This document shows, piece after piece, positions 27,857-37,447 of a stretch of 64,000 bases of DNA; position 1 is the first letter of the stretch; every line of letters begins with the position of its first letter. A program made the position numbers and the translations under genes. The DNA is from an uncultured Bdellovibrionales bacterium (GTDB taxonomy: Bacteria > Patescibacteriota > Minisyncoccia > Moranbacterales > UBA1568). Location of the stretch: positions 21 to 64,020 of the forward strand of contig CAYTED010000001.1 in assembly GCA_964436855.1 (NCBI GenBank), in the 5' to 3' direction. The notes below the pieces were generated by a model. It made no database searches. It was not told the DNA's origin and was given only the letters and a program-made list of their open reading frames with translations.

Positions 27857-29134
27857 ATGTCCAAGAAAACAGTTGTGGTCGTCGGGCTCGGATACGTTGG
27901 TTTGCCACTTGCGGTTCGGTCGGTTGAACGCGGATACTCCGTTATCGGATTCGATACGAACGAAGAAAAAATTTCGCTCCTCAAAAAAAAGAAGAGTCCT
28001 ATCGAAGATCTCTACCTCGAAGAGCATATTCCGAAATTTCCTTTCGAAGCGACCACTGATCCGAAAAAATTAAAACAGGCGGACATTGTCCTTATCTGCG
28101 TACCGACCCCTGTCGATGAAATGTTCTATCCCGACCTCGAGCCGGTCATTTCGGCGTCGGAACGTATCGCGAAACACCTGAAAAAAGGCGCGCTTGTCGT
28201 CCTTGAATCAACCGTGAATCCCGGTGTTTCCGAAGAAATCATTCGGCCGATTTTTGAAAAACACGGACACGTCGTCGGAACAGATGTATTCCTCGCGCAC
28301 TGTCCCGAGCGCATTAATCCGGGCGACGAGAAATGGAATGTCACGAATATCCCTCGCGTCGTCGGTTCTTTTGATAAAAAAGGACTTTCTTTGGCTCTCG
28401 AATTCTATCGCTCTATCGTCGATGGCGAAATCCGCCCAATGAAATCCATCCGCGAAGCCGAAGCGGTGAAAATCGTCGAAAATTCCTTCCGCGATATCAA
28501 TATCGCCTTCGTCAACGAACTTGCAAAGTCATTCGATGTCCTCGGTATCGACGTGAAAGACGTCATTCAGGGCGCCGCCACAAAGCCGTTCTCTTTTATG
28601 CCTCATTATCCGTCTTGCGGCGTGGGCGGCCACTGCATTCCGGTTGATCCGTATTATCTGATCGAACGCGCCAAACAATCGGGATTTGATCATAAATTTC
28701 TGAAGATCGCCCGAGAGATCAATAACTCTATGCCGGCTCACACGGTCGAACTCCTGCAAGACGAACTGAATGCGATTAAACTCCCCTTAAACGGAACGCG
28801 CATCGGCGTCCTCGGACTTGCTTACAAGGCGAATGTCGACGACCTTCGTGAGTCGCCCGCCGAAAAAATCATCGAACACCTCGAAAAACACGGCGCGAAA
28901 GTCGAGACGTTCGATCCGCATATTCTTCGACTTTCCACAACCAAATCTCTCGACGCAATCCTCGCAAAATCGGATGCACTCGTCCTTGCCACCGATCATC
29001 GCGAATTCAAAGAACGCCTCACTCCCGCCCTCCTCAAAAAATTCCGAATTCGTGTTATCGTAGATGGGAAGAACTGCCTCGACAAAAAGGCATTCCTTGC
29101 GACAAAGATTCGGTATAAGGGAATCGGGAGATAA
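27857..29134 (+). CDS. Nucleotide-sugar 6-dehydrogenase (UDP-glucose/UDP-ManNAc dehydrogenase family).
   Basis: The Rossmann motif VVVVGLGYVGLPLA and the catalytic Cys region (…AHCPERINPGD…) are present. The length is 425 aa. Confidence 0.85.
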   Translation: MSKKTVVVVGLGYVGLPLAVRSVERGYSVIGFDTNEEKISLLKKKKSPIEDLYLEEHIPKFPFEATTDPKKLKQADIVLICVPTPVDEMFYPDLEPVISASERIAKHLKKGALVVLESTVNPGVSEEIIRPIFEKHGHVVGTDVFLAHCPERINPGDEKWNVTNIPRVVGSFDKKGLSLALEFYRSIVDGEIRPMKSIREAEAVKIVENSFRDINIAFVNELAKSFDVLGIDVKDVIQGAATKPFSFMPHYPSCGVGGHCIPVDPYYLIERAKQSGFDHKFLKIAREINNSMPAHTVELLQDELNAIKLPLNGTRIGVLGLAYKANVDDLRESPAEKIIEHLEKHGAKVETFDPHILRLSTTKSLDAILAKSDALVLATDHREFKERLTPALLKKFRIRVIVDGKNCLDKKAFLATKIRYKGIGR

Positions 29135-29174
29135 GCCGCACGACAGGGAAATTTTGTTTCCTACTCCATATTCT

Positions 29175-29417
29175 ATGTTCGATCTCATCCGTTTTATCAT
29201 CTGGCTTGCGGGAGTCGCCGTGGTGGGGTATTTTCTCGCCGGATTTTTCGGATACGAAATCAATATCGACTATTTCAAAGAGCAAAAGTCAACCTGCGAA
29301 GAACACCTCCGACAGTGCCGAAAAGACCTCATTCAGTCTGGTGTCGACGGCGTCAAGGAAAAATGCGATTGGAAATGCGTCGATCCGAAGCTTCTTATTC
29401 GGAAGAGTCAAGAATAA
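29175..29417 (+). CDS. Small single-TM protein with a Cys-rich tail, hypothetical.
   Basis: The 80-aa product has one TM helix and 6 Cys in its C-terminus. It sits inside the sugar cluster. Confidence 0.3.
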   Translation: MFDLIRFIIWLAGVAVVGYFLAGFFGYEINIDYFKEQKSTCEEHLRQCRKDLIQSGVDGVKEKCDWKCVDPKLLIRKSQE

Positions 29418-29461
29418 AGAATTATGAATCAATCGACCATACGCCGTATGCTAAAATAATT

Positions 29462-29493
29462 CTGCATTTCTTGATTCCTGATTCTTAATTCTT
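29462..29493. repeat. Tandem heptamer-like repeats (tTGATTC x4) directly upstream of the GT2 start.
   Basis: The sequence is ttcttgattc-ctgattc-ttaattc-ttgattc. Confidence 0.5.
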
Positions 29494-29506
29494 GATTCAT
29501 CAACAT

Positions 29507-30457
29507 ATGAAACTCATCGTCAATATCCCGGCTTACAATGAAGAAGAAAAAATCGGCGAGACCATCAGACGAATTCCGCGATCATTTCCGGGAATCTCGG
29601 AAGTGTTGGTACAGGTAATCGACGATGGCTCGAAAGACCGGACGGTCGATGTTTCAAAAAACGCCGGCGCGGATTTCGTGTACCAAAACGGCATAAACCG
29701 CGGTATTGGAAAAACATTCCGACACGCTGTCGAACGCTCTCTCGAAAACGGCGCGGACATTATGGTCAATATCGATGCCGACGGGCAATTCAATCCGAAC
29801 GATATCGAAAAACTCATTCGCCCGATCCTCGAGCACAAGGTCGATATGGTCAGCGCCGATCGATTCACCGAATCAAGCGCGGAAAATATCCCGTGGATAA
29901 AAAATATTCTCAATCGTTTCGCCGCGCGGATCATCGGCGGATTCTTGAATACCGCTATCCCCGATCTCACCTGTGGCTTCCGCGCCTACAGCCGCGAAAC
30001 CCTGCTCCGTCTCAATCTCCCCGGCGATTTCACCTACACGCAAGAAGTCATTATCGACGCACTCGGAAAAAACCTGAAACTTTCTTTTATCCCGGTCAGC
30101 GTGACTTACTTTGCCGATCGGAAATCCCGCGTCGTCAAAAGTATCTTCGGATACTTGAACAATAGTTTCCGCATTATCCTGAAAGCCGTTCGCGATGTCC
30201 GCCCGATGAAATTCTTCGGCATCCCGGGGCTCGTCCTTATTTTTCTCTCGCTTGTTCTCTTTGCTTTCTTCCTCGGAAACTATTTCACTGACTTCAAAAT
30301 AACCCCGTACCGGAATTACCTTCTCTTTTCCGGCGGATTTTTCTTGATCGGACTTCAATTCTTCGTCTTCGCTCTTATGGCTGATATGATTAAAACCAAC
30401 CGTCGCCTGACCGAAGATCAGATGTATTTGTTTAAAAAGGAGAAATACAAAAAATAA
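29507..30457 (+). CDS. GT2 polyprenyl-phosphate sugar synthase (Dpm1/GtrB/ArnC-like) with a C-terminal membrane anchor.
   Basis: It contains VNIPAYNEE…VIDDGSKDRT…NIDADGQ and two C-terminal TM helices. Confidence 0.8.
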   Translation: MKLIVNIPAYNEEEKIGETIRRIPRSFPGISEVLVQVIDDGSKDRTVDVSKNAGADFVYQNGINRGIGKTFRHAVERSLENGADIMVNIDADGQFNPNDIEKLIRPILEHKVDMVSADRFTESSAENIPWIKNILNRFAARIIGGFLNTAIPDLTCGFRAYSRETLLRLNLPGDFTYTQEVIIDALGKNLKLSFIPVSVTYFADRKSRVVKSIFGYLNNSFRIILKAVRDVRPMKFFGIPGLVLIFLSLVLFAFFLGNYFTDFKITPYRNYLLFSGGFFLIGLQFFVFALMADMIKTNRRLTEDQMYLFKKEKYKK

Positions 30458-30466
30458 ATCTAAAAT

Positions 30467-30568
30467 TACAATTTCCAAATAAACTCCAAATCTCAATGTT
30501 TGAAATCCAAAACTTTTGATTTGTAAGTTTTGATTTAATTATTGTAATTGATTTGGGATTTGTAATTT
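30467..30568. repeat. AT-rich imperfect palindrome with an AAATC-rich left arm and a GATTT-rich right arm.
   Basis: aattacaatttccaaat… pairs with …atttgggatttgtaatt. It lies between the GT2 stop and the GT4 start. Confidence 0.45.
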
Positions 30569-30589
30569 TGAATTTGGTGCTTTAAATCT

Positions 30590-31681
30590 ATGCGAATTTT
30601 ATTCATATCAAGAGCGTACCCCCCAATAATAGGTGGGATCGAAAATCAAAACGCCGCGCTCACAAAATGGCTTGCCAAAGTGGACGGTGTTGAAATAGAA
30701 ACCATAGCAAATACGAGGGGCAAGAAATTTCTCCCGATCTTTTTTCCGAAAGCGTTTTTTCTTGCGCTCTTTCAGTTGCGCAAACACGATATCATTCTGC
30801 TTGGCGACGGCGTCATTGCGGTAATCGGCTGTTTTCTTCGTCTCTTCACCCGAAAACCGGTTGTCTCCGTTCTTCACGGACTCGATATCACCTACGATTT
30901 AAAACTCTATCAACTCCTCTGGGTGAAATGTTTCCTCCGACTTCTCTCCGGGTACATCGCCGTCTCGCGTCATACGAAAGACACCGCGATCGCACACGGT
31001 CTCCGGGAAGAAAAAATTCGCGTCGTCCCTAACGGCGTGGAAGATCCAGCCGAGCCACCAATTCAGTATCGCCGGGAAGACCTTGCTCTGTACCTTAAAG
31101 AAAATCTTACTGACAAAAAAGTTCTCGTAACAATCGGTCGAATCGTTCGACGAAAAGGCGTCGCGTGGTTTGTGGAGCGTGTCCTCCCGAAGCTCCCGGG
31201 CAATATTCTCTACCTCGTCGCAGGATCGGGATCGGGAAAAGAGAAACAGCATATTCTTGATGCCGCTACGCGAGCGAATGTCTCGCAGAAACTCCGGCTT
31301 CTCGGTTCCGTTCCGAATGAAATCAAAATTATGCTCCACCGAACAGGCGATCTTTTTATCCAACCAAATATTCTCGTCCCGGGTGATCGCGAAGGTTTCG
31401 GCATCGCCGTGATCGAAGCATCGCTCGCCGGACTTCCCGTTATCGCTTCGCAACTTGAGGGACTCGAAGACGCGGTGATCGACAAAGAAACCGGATTTTT
31501 CGCCGAACCCGGCAATCCGGAGAGTTTCGTCGCCGCTATTCTTCCGCTTCTTGAAAATAGTGTCGCGCGAAATATGTTTTCCGAAAAAGCGAAAACCGTC
31601 ACGCGGGAACGATTCCACTGGAACTCCGTTTCCAAAACCTTCGCCGCCGCTCTCGAAAGTTTTCTGCCGAAGAAATCATAA
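30590..31681 (+). CDS. Glycosyltransferase family 4.
   Basis: The product carries GDREGFGIAVIEASLAGLPVIAS and the N-terminal GG-rich UDP-sugar binding region. Confidence 0.8.
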   Translation: MRILFISRAYPPIIGGIENQNAALTKWLAKVDGVEIETIANTRGKKFLPIFFPKAFFLALFQLRKHDIILLGDGVIAVIGCFLRLFTRKPVVSVLHGLDITYDLKLYQLLWVKCFLRLLSGYIAVSRHTKDTAIAHGLREEKIRVVPNGVEDPAEPPIQYRREDLALYLKENLTDKKVLVTIGRIVRRKGVAWFVERVLPKLPGNILYLVAGSGSGKEKQHILDAATRANVSQKLRLLGSVPNEIKIMLHRTGDLFIQPNILVPGDREGFGIAVIEASLAGLPVIASQLEGLEDAVIDKETGFFAEPGNPESFVAAILPLLENSVARNMFSEKAKTVTRERFHWNSVSKTFAAALESFLPKKS

Positions 31682-31760
31682 ATATATTTCCCCCCTCTCG
31701 CCGCCCCGATCGAAACCGAAGTATCTCCATCAAATAATCGCCATAGGAACATCACATATC

Positions 31761-33740
31761 ATGACCGAATTTTTCTTCGATGCCACCTTTTTTCTTCTCG
31801 CAACCGGAGTACTCCTTTTTCTCCCGGGATGGTTTCTTATAAAACTCTTTTGCAAAAACGTTTCTTTGAACCACTGGGAATTTCTTACGCTTTCGTTTGG
31901 AATAAGCGTCGGTGTGCTTGATTTTCTCCTGATCGCGATCGGGACATTCGGTGTTCGCTACTCCGTTCACTCCATCACACTCTCCCTGTTTACGTTCGGC
32001 ATAACTGTGTTTGTCGTACAAAAAATATTCTCCGCGATTCGAAAAAATCCGAAAATGGAAAAAAATGGGCAATCTTCGCCCGTACTTCACTCGAAAAAAG
32101 AACGATTTTTGTTTCTTCTCATTCTTTTCCTCTCGATATTCGTAAAAACGATCTACCTTTCGGATGCTGCATTCCCGACTGCGACCGATCTCGGCCACCA
32201 TATGTTCTGGGCGAAGAAAATCGCCGAAACCGGCATATTCCCGGCATACGAAAAGCAAGAACTCACAGAAAATCCCGATGGATCGGTAACCCTTTCACCG
32301 TCCGAACCGATCGCCGACTTTATTATCGGTGAACATCTCCCCTTCGCTGCCATCGCGATATTTTCCGGAAACGATTTCGTCTCGGCATTTCCGGTATCAC
32401 TTCTGTTTATCGTTCATATTCTTGCACTCCTCGCCATCTTTGCGCTCGCACTACGAATCGGTGAAGATATGCACGCGCTTTTTTCATCCAATATATTTAC
32501 CCCCGGAAGATTCGCGCTCGTTATCCTCTTTCTCTCCGGCCCTCTCTACTCCCTCGCCTCCCCGCAAGCGAAATTCGTTTCAGGTGGCGTCGTCGGAAAT
32601 ACTTTCGGAAATTTTTTCATCCCGCTCATCCTCCTCATCTTCCTCCGTGCAATCCGCGAAAAAAATCCACCACTTCTCGCGATCGGATTTTTCCTCATCT
32701 TTACCCTTGCCTACACCCATCACCTCTCAACACTCGTTCTTCTCTTTATTCTCGTCGCAGTCGGTATAACGCTTCTCATTTCCCAGCGACGCCAATTGAG
32801 AAAATTTTTTCTTGATCTCTGGAACACACTCCGTCATCCCGCGCCAATAACAATCGCGATCCTGTGTATCGCCTTCTTCTTCCTCATTGCCGTCCCAACC
32901 TACCTCGAAACGAAAGGCTCGATCGATACCGCGATCGGCACTCCCACCAAACCAACCCGCACCGGACTTTCCTTTACCCAAATCGTCTTTTCAAATGGAG
33001 AGGCTCGCGTTGCGCTCGGTGCGACCGGACTTCTCTTGACGACATTTCTCCTTTTTCGCAAAAACACCGTCTCGCTCGCGCTTCTCTTCGGATGGGGCGG
33101 CATCCTTCTCCTTATGTCGCTGCGGCCGGATCTTGTGTTTCTCGATATCCCCTCCAATCGGATCGGATCATACGCGCTCTTCCCACTTTCCTTCCTCTCC
33201 GGGATCACCCTCTTCGCTCTTCTTTCTTTGTTTCGCGAGCGTTTCGGAGAAAAATTCGTCGCGACCTTTCCTCACACTCTCCTTCTCGCTTCACTTTTTC
33301 TTGTCTTTGTTTTTTCAACCGGAAGCGGTTCGTTCGACAACGGTCAAACCCTCCTCGGAAAACCGAAGGCAGAAGAAGCGGTTGAAACGTTTACCGCAAG
33401 CGCCTATCTCGCAAAACACTCTGAAGACAAAGATCTCATCCTGAAAGATCACAATTACCTCACTGCCGATACCTGGATGAAACTTTTTTTTCTTCGTGAT
33501 TACAACTTCCCGCTCTCTCGGTCTTATTTCGGTCGCTACGAAACTCCCGGACGCGAACAATGCACACTCCAAATGATCTCTATCCCAAATACAGCCGAAG
33601 GAAAACGCTGTTTCGAGACATCGGGAGTCAATATTATTGTCGTGCACCCGCTCTACGATCGCTCCCAATTCGAAAAATCAAACAATTTCTCCCGCATCTA
33701 CTCATCAAACGATATCCATATTTATGAAAAAAGTTTTTGA
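31761..33740 (+). CDS. Large polytopic membrane protein, putatively a GT-C-type glycosyltransferase.
   Basis: It has about 12-14 TM helices and a C-terminal soluble domain. I chose the internal ATG at 31761, after the GT4 stop. Confidence 0.4.
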   Translation: MTEFFFDATFFLLATGVLLFLPGWFLIKLFCKNVSLNHWEFLTLSFGISVGVLDFLLIAIGTFGVRYSVHSITLSLFTFGITVFVVQKIFSAIRKNPKMEKNGQSSPVLHSKKERFLFLLILFLSIFVKTIYLSDAAFPTATDLGHHMFWAKKIAETGIFPAYEKQELTENPDGSVTLSPSEPIADFIIGEHLPFAAIAIFSGNDFVSAFPVSLLFIVHILALLAIFALALRIGEDMHALFSSNIFTPGRFALVILFLSGPLYSLASPQAKFVSGGVVGNTFGNFFIPLILLIFLRAIREKNPPLLAIGFFLIFTLAYTHHLSTLVLLFILVAVGITLLISQRRQLRKFFLDLWNTLRHPAPITIAILCIAFFFLIAVPTYLETKGSIDTAIGTPTKPTRTGLSFTQIVFSNGEARVALGATGLLLTTFLLFRKNTVSLALLFGWGGILLLMSLRPDLVFLDIPSNRIGSYALFPLSFLSGITLFALLSLFRERFGEKFVATFPHTLLLASLFLVFVFSTGSGSFDNGQTLLGKPKAEEAVETFTASAYLAKHSEDKDLILKDHNYLTADTWMKLFFLRDYNFPLSRSYFGRYETPGREQCTLQMISIPNTAEGKRCFETSGVNIIVVHPLYDRSQFEKSNNFSRIYSSNDIHIYEKSF

Positions 33741-34101
33741 AATCCTGATTTCCGACACCGGAACCATCCTTATTTCCCTTGTGTGCGGAGCGATATCGGT
33801 ATACGCGCTTTTTTTCATCGTCGGGACGGAGCTTGATCCAAATCGTAACAAAAACTGGTGGTCGCTCGCATTTGAAAGTCGCTCGCTTGAAACAAACAAT
33901 TTTATCATCGAAAATCATTCCGATTCCGATATGTTCCGATACGAAGTCATCACCGATGGGAAAACCGTGGCCGCGGATACGCTTCATATTGCAAACGGGG
34001 AAGAGAAAACAATCTCAATCGATACGACAGACGCAAAAACAATCGAGATTACCGCAACCGATCACACCGGAAAAAAACAAAGTATTTATCGAAAAAAATA
34101 A
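33724..34101 (+). CDS. Small N-terminally anchored protein, hypothetical.
   Basis: The 125-aa product has one TM helix followed by a beta-rich domain. Confidence 0.3.
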   Translation: MKKVFEILISDTGTILISLVCGAISVYALFFIVGTELDPNRNKNWWSLAFESRSLETNNFIIENHSDSDMFRYEVITDGKTVAADTLHIANGEEKTISIDTTDAKTIEITATDHTGKKQSIYRKK

Positions 34102-34110
34102 CAGAAAAAT

Positions 34111-35244
34111 ATGCCCGACCACACCGGAAAAAAAATCCTCCTCGCGACACGCGCGCTTGTTCCTCCGTGGGACGAGGCCTCCAAAAACTTCGCCTACTTT
34201 CTCGCGAAATCGCTTACCAAACACCACACGACTATTCTCACTACGCCTACGTGGCTCCCCGATCTCCCGGCCAATGTCACGCAGTTCCCCTGCTACACGA
34301 AGAGCGAGCTTGATTTCCTCGAAAAAATCCGCCTCCTGCGCGCGCTTCGAAATCTTCGCGGAAAATTCGATATCACACACTACCTCTTCACGCCAACCCG
34401 AAAAAACACTTCCCTCATCAACTTCTTTAGCCGTCCAACCCGTGGAAAAACCATTCAAACCGTCGCCACGCTTCGTGAAGATCTTTATAACCCAAAACAA
34501 TTGAAAGAACTCCTCTTCGCCGATCGGATCGTCGTCTATTCCGATCATTCAAAACATCGCCTCGAAAAAATCGGGTTCAATAATGTCTCACGCATTTATC
34601 CGGGTGTTGATTTGTCGTTTTATCAGCCGCAATCAAAAAGTGCCGATACTCTCTCGCACTTCAATCTTTCAAAAGATGATTTTATCGTGTCTTACAATGG
34701 CGAATACGCGCGTTTGGGCGCAACCGATATGCTTGCCGATTGGCTCATTGAACACTACACCAATCACCCTGATTCAAATATGAAATTTGTTTTCGCTCTC
34801 CGCGTAAAAAAGCACGAGGATGATCGCATTAAAAAAGAAGAAATCACTCAACGCTTCGAGCAAGCAGGGATTTTGAAGCACATCCGCTTTACCGATACCT
34901 ATGCCGATATGCCAAAACTCTACAATCTTGCCGACGTGATTCTTTTTCCCGTAAATGATATGCGCGGAAAGTTTGATATACCACTCGTTGTCATCGAAGC
35001 GTATGCCTGCGGAAAACCCGTTATTCTCTCCGATCTCCCTATCTTTTCTGAATTTTCAAATCCGGATATCTGTGTTAGCATTCCGCGAGGTGATACCCGG
35101 TCGCTTACCGAAAAATTGGCTTATTTAAAAGAAAATATGCAAGAACGCGAGCGGCTCGGCCGAAACGCGCGCGCTTTCGTGGAACAACATTTCGACCTCA
35201 AAAAAACCGTCAGCGAATACGAAGCCCTCTACACTTCCCTTTAA
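34111..35244 (+). CDS. Glycosyltransferase family 4.
   Basis: The product carries …FPVNDMRGKFDIPLVVIEAYACGKPVILSD…. Confidence 0.8.
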   Translation: MPDHTGKKILLATRALVPPWDEASKNFAYFLAKSLTKHHTTILTTPTWLPDLPANVTQFPCYTKSELDFLEKIRLLRALRNLRGKFDITHYLFTPTRKNTSLINFFSRPTRGKTIQTVATLREDLYNPKQLKELLFADRIVVYSDHSKHRLEKIGFNNVSRIYPGVDLSFYQPQSKSADTLSHFNLSKDDFIVSYNGEYARLGATDMLADWLIEHYTNHPDSNMKFVFALRVKKHEDDRIKKEEITQRFEQAGILKHIRFTDTYADMPKLYNLADVILFPVNDMRGKFDIPLVVIEAYACGKPVILSDLPIFSEFSNPDICVSIPRGDTRSLTEKLAYLKENMQERERLGRNARAFVEQHFDLKKTVSEYEALYTSL

Positions 35245-35335
35245 TTTCTAATTTCGAATTCTGAATTTCGATTGAATTTTTAATCATTAAATTTTGAAAC
35301 ATTGATTCGAAATTCGAAACTCGGAATTCAAAATT
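35243..35335. repeat. AT-rich spacer full of TTCGAA/GAATTC-containing short repeats (aatttcgaat, cgaaattcgaaa).
   Basis: It contains several direct and inverted copies of (a)aatttcgaa(t). Confidence 0.4.
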
Positions 35336-35349
35336 ATTCCCACACCATT

Positions 35350-36855
35350 ATGAATCATTTCCAGTTCAATAAAATTTCAGATTATAAGTCCGAGCTCAAA
35401 ACAGAAAAGATGAAAGTCCCGATTGTTTTTCATGTTCAAGACGAGCTTCTCCCAAATGAATCCACCCTTCTCCAACTTGAAAGTGTCGCCAGCAATCAAG
35501 AAGTATTTCATCACATCGCCGCGATGGCTGATGTTCACTCGAAGCCCGGACGAAAAAACGCCACCGGAACCACGGTCGTTTCCGAAAAATACATTCTCCC
35601 GCAACTCAACGACTCCGATCCTGCGTGCGGAATGCGTCTCGTGAAGACCAATCTCAACGAAAACAATATCTCAAAAGCTGATCTCGAGAAACTCTTCGAA
35701 GCACTTGTTCCGAAAGTTCCCACCAAGGCATATATTGGAACCTACCTTCCATTCCGCATCATCGTCGACATTTGCAGACTTGGAATTCAACCCCTCATCG
35801 ATCACCTCGGCATCAAGACAAAATACGAAAAAGAAAACTCCCTCGATCGCGGAAACTTTTTCGACCAAGCTCCATCATCAAAGGATATTCAAAACATCAT
35901 TCCTCCACTCTTCCTCTTCTTCGCACAATTCCGATCAGGCATTCTCGGTGCCGCCGGCAACCACTTTCTCGATCTTATGAAGGTAACTGGCATCGAGGAC
36001 GAAGAAACAGCGCAAAAACTCGGCATAAAAAACGGCGATTACGTTTTTATGATTCATTGCGGATCCGGAATCCTCGGTCAATACACGATGTATATGTACA
36101 CCGCCAAGAAACGCGAACACATTTCCACGGCCATCCTTATGAATATCGGTCGCTTCTTCTGGAACACACCATTCAAGAAAACCGTAAATCGTATCGCACA
36201 AAAAATCCGCGAGTCCGATTTCGGAAAAAAAGAACCCCTCATCGCATTTGACGGAAATGACGAGGACGGAAGACTCTATATGGAAGCGCGCAAAGCCTGC
36301 TCCAATTTCGCCCACGCAAACCGAGCCGTCATCGCGCACAATGTCGCCGCCACCGCCAAGGAAGTCCTCGGTCGCGATATCCAAATGGAACTCCTCTACG
36401 ACATGCCACACATCCTCGTCTCACAGGAAGAACACTTTGGAAAAAATGTTTGGGTACACCGCAATGGCACGAGCCGTGCCTATGGTCCATCGAAAATGTC
36501 TGATCACCCTCTCTTTCGCGAAACCGGGGAACCGGCATTCATCCCAACCTCGATGAGTACCGAGGCCTACCTCTGCGTCGGTACGGATGACAACGATTCC
36601 AGCTTCTTCTCCTGCAATCACGGCGCCGGAAAGTCCGCCAAAAAAACAGAAGATATTATTCCTGAAAACAAACAAGAGCTCGACAAAAAACTCCAGTCGA
36701 AAGGCGTGAAGCTCTATAATGGTCGCTCAAGCAAGGTCATCGAACAGGACTCCTCGCATTACAAGCGCTCGGACGATGTCATCGCCAGCGTGAAAGAAAA
36801 CCACATCGTCAAACCCGTCGCCAAAATGCAACCCGTCGCGATTATTATGTACTAG
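35350..36855 (+). CDS. rtcB: RtcB-family RNA ligase (divergent).
   Basis: MKVPIVFHVQDELL aligns with the archaeal MRVPGRVYADEVLL. HIAAMADVHSKPG aligns with HIAVMPDVHLGKG. CGMRL aligns with CGM. The C-terminal NHGAGK is the NHAGAGR-like motif. Confidence 0.7.
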   Translation: MNHFQFNKISDYKSELKTEKMKVPIVFHVQDELLPNESTLLQLESVASNQEVFHHIAAMADVHSKPGRKNATGTTVVSEKYILPQLNDSDPACGMRLVKTNLNENNISKADLEKLFEALVPKVPTKAYIGTYLPFRIIVDICRLGIQPLIDHLGIKTKYEKENSLDRGNFFDQAPSSKDIQNIIPPLFLFFAQFRSGILGAAGNHFLDLMKVTGIEDEETAQKLGIKNGDYVFMIHCGSGILGQYTMYMYTAKKREHISTAILMNIGRFFWNTPFKKTVNRIAQKIRESDFGKKEPLIAFDGNDEDGRLYMEARKACSNFAHANRAVIAHNVAATAKEVLGRDIQMELLYDMPHILVSQEEHFGKNVWVHRNGTSRAYGPSKMSDHPLFRETGEPAFIPTSMSTEAYLCVGTDDNDSSFFSCNHGAGKSAKKTEDIIPENKQELDKKLQSKGVKLYNGRSSKVIEQDSSHYKRSDDVIASVKENHIVKPVAKMQPVAIIMY

Positions 36856-36905
36856 TGTCAGCTAACAATCAGCAAACAACAGTAAACAAAAGAGATAAAA
36901 AAAGG

Positions 36906-36938
36906 CCGCTTCGTCATATTGACCAAAGCGGTTTTTTT
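36906..36938. terminator. Bidirectional intrinsic terminator (ccgctt…aagcgg plus TTTTTTT, preceded by AAAAAAA).
   Basis: It lies between the convergent rtcB and the 36965..37447 ORF. Confidence 0.55.
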
Positions 36939-36964
36939 GTTAATCCAAGCTGAACCCAAGCGAC

Positions 36965-37447
36965 TCACTCGAGGCCGAGGAAGATGCGCATCATCTCGGG
37001 CGAAAGCGTGCCTTTGCTTTTTTCTGCAAGCTCAAGAAGCGCACTGAGTTGCCCTTCGTTCAGAGGACGTTGAGCGGTCTCTTCGCTCAAAAAAAACTCA
37101 ATGACCGGTCGATACCTACGATCAAGCAGCAAGGGCGCCAGCGAATGATAATCGCTCTGCGCGCCAAGCAGGAATTTTCTTAAACTGGCCACTTGATTGG
37201 GATGTGGAATATTCTTCCCACCCGTCCAGCGATCAATCGTTGCCCGACTTGCAATATCTGAACGAACAACATCCATCTTGGTTTTTCCAGCAGCCTCAAT
37301 AACTGCCGACAGCAACCGACCCATCTCTTTTTTCTGCGCAGGGTCAGTACGAGCTAAATCCACCGCTCGCTTAAACTGCTCAAACGCTTCTTTCGCGTCC
37401 ATTGCTATCTCCTCATAAAAGCTGTTATTGGGAAAAAACCGTCGCAT
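36965..37447 (-). CDS. Hypothetical protein, possibly with an HTH. Its start codon lies inside the right copy of the 35-bp inverted repeat.
   Basis: A 160-aa ORF with no family recognised. The ATG at 37447 is the second ATG of the repeat. Confidence 0.3.
   Translation of the reverse strand: MRRFFPNNSFYEEIAMDAKEAFEQFKRAVDLARTDPAQKKEMGRLLSAVIEAAGKTKMDVVRSDIASRATIDRWTGGKNIPHPNQVASLRKFLLGAQSDYHSLAPLLLDRRYRPVIEFFLSEETAQRPLNEGQLSALLELAEKSKGTLSPEMMRIFLGLE

Noticed and set aside
31551-31760. N-terminal extension of the 31761..33740 membrane protein overlapping the 3' end of the GT4 gene.
   Set aside because: The extension overlaps the preceding GT4 coding sequence for about 130 nt in another frame. 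The internal ATG at 31761 directly precedes the first TM helix.
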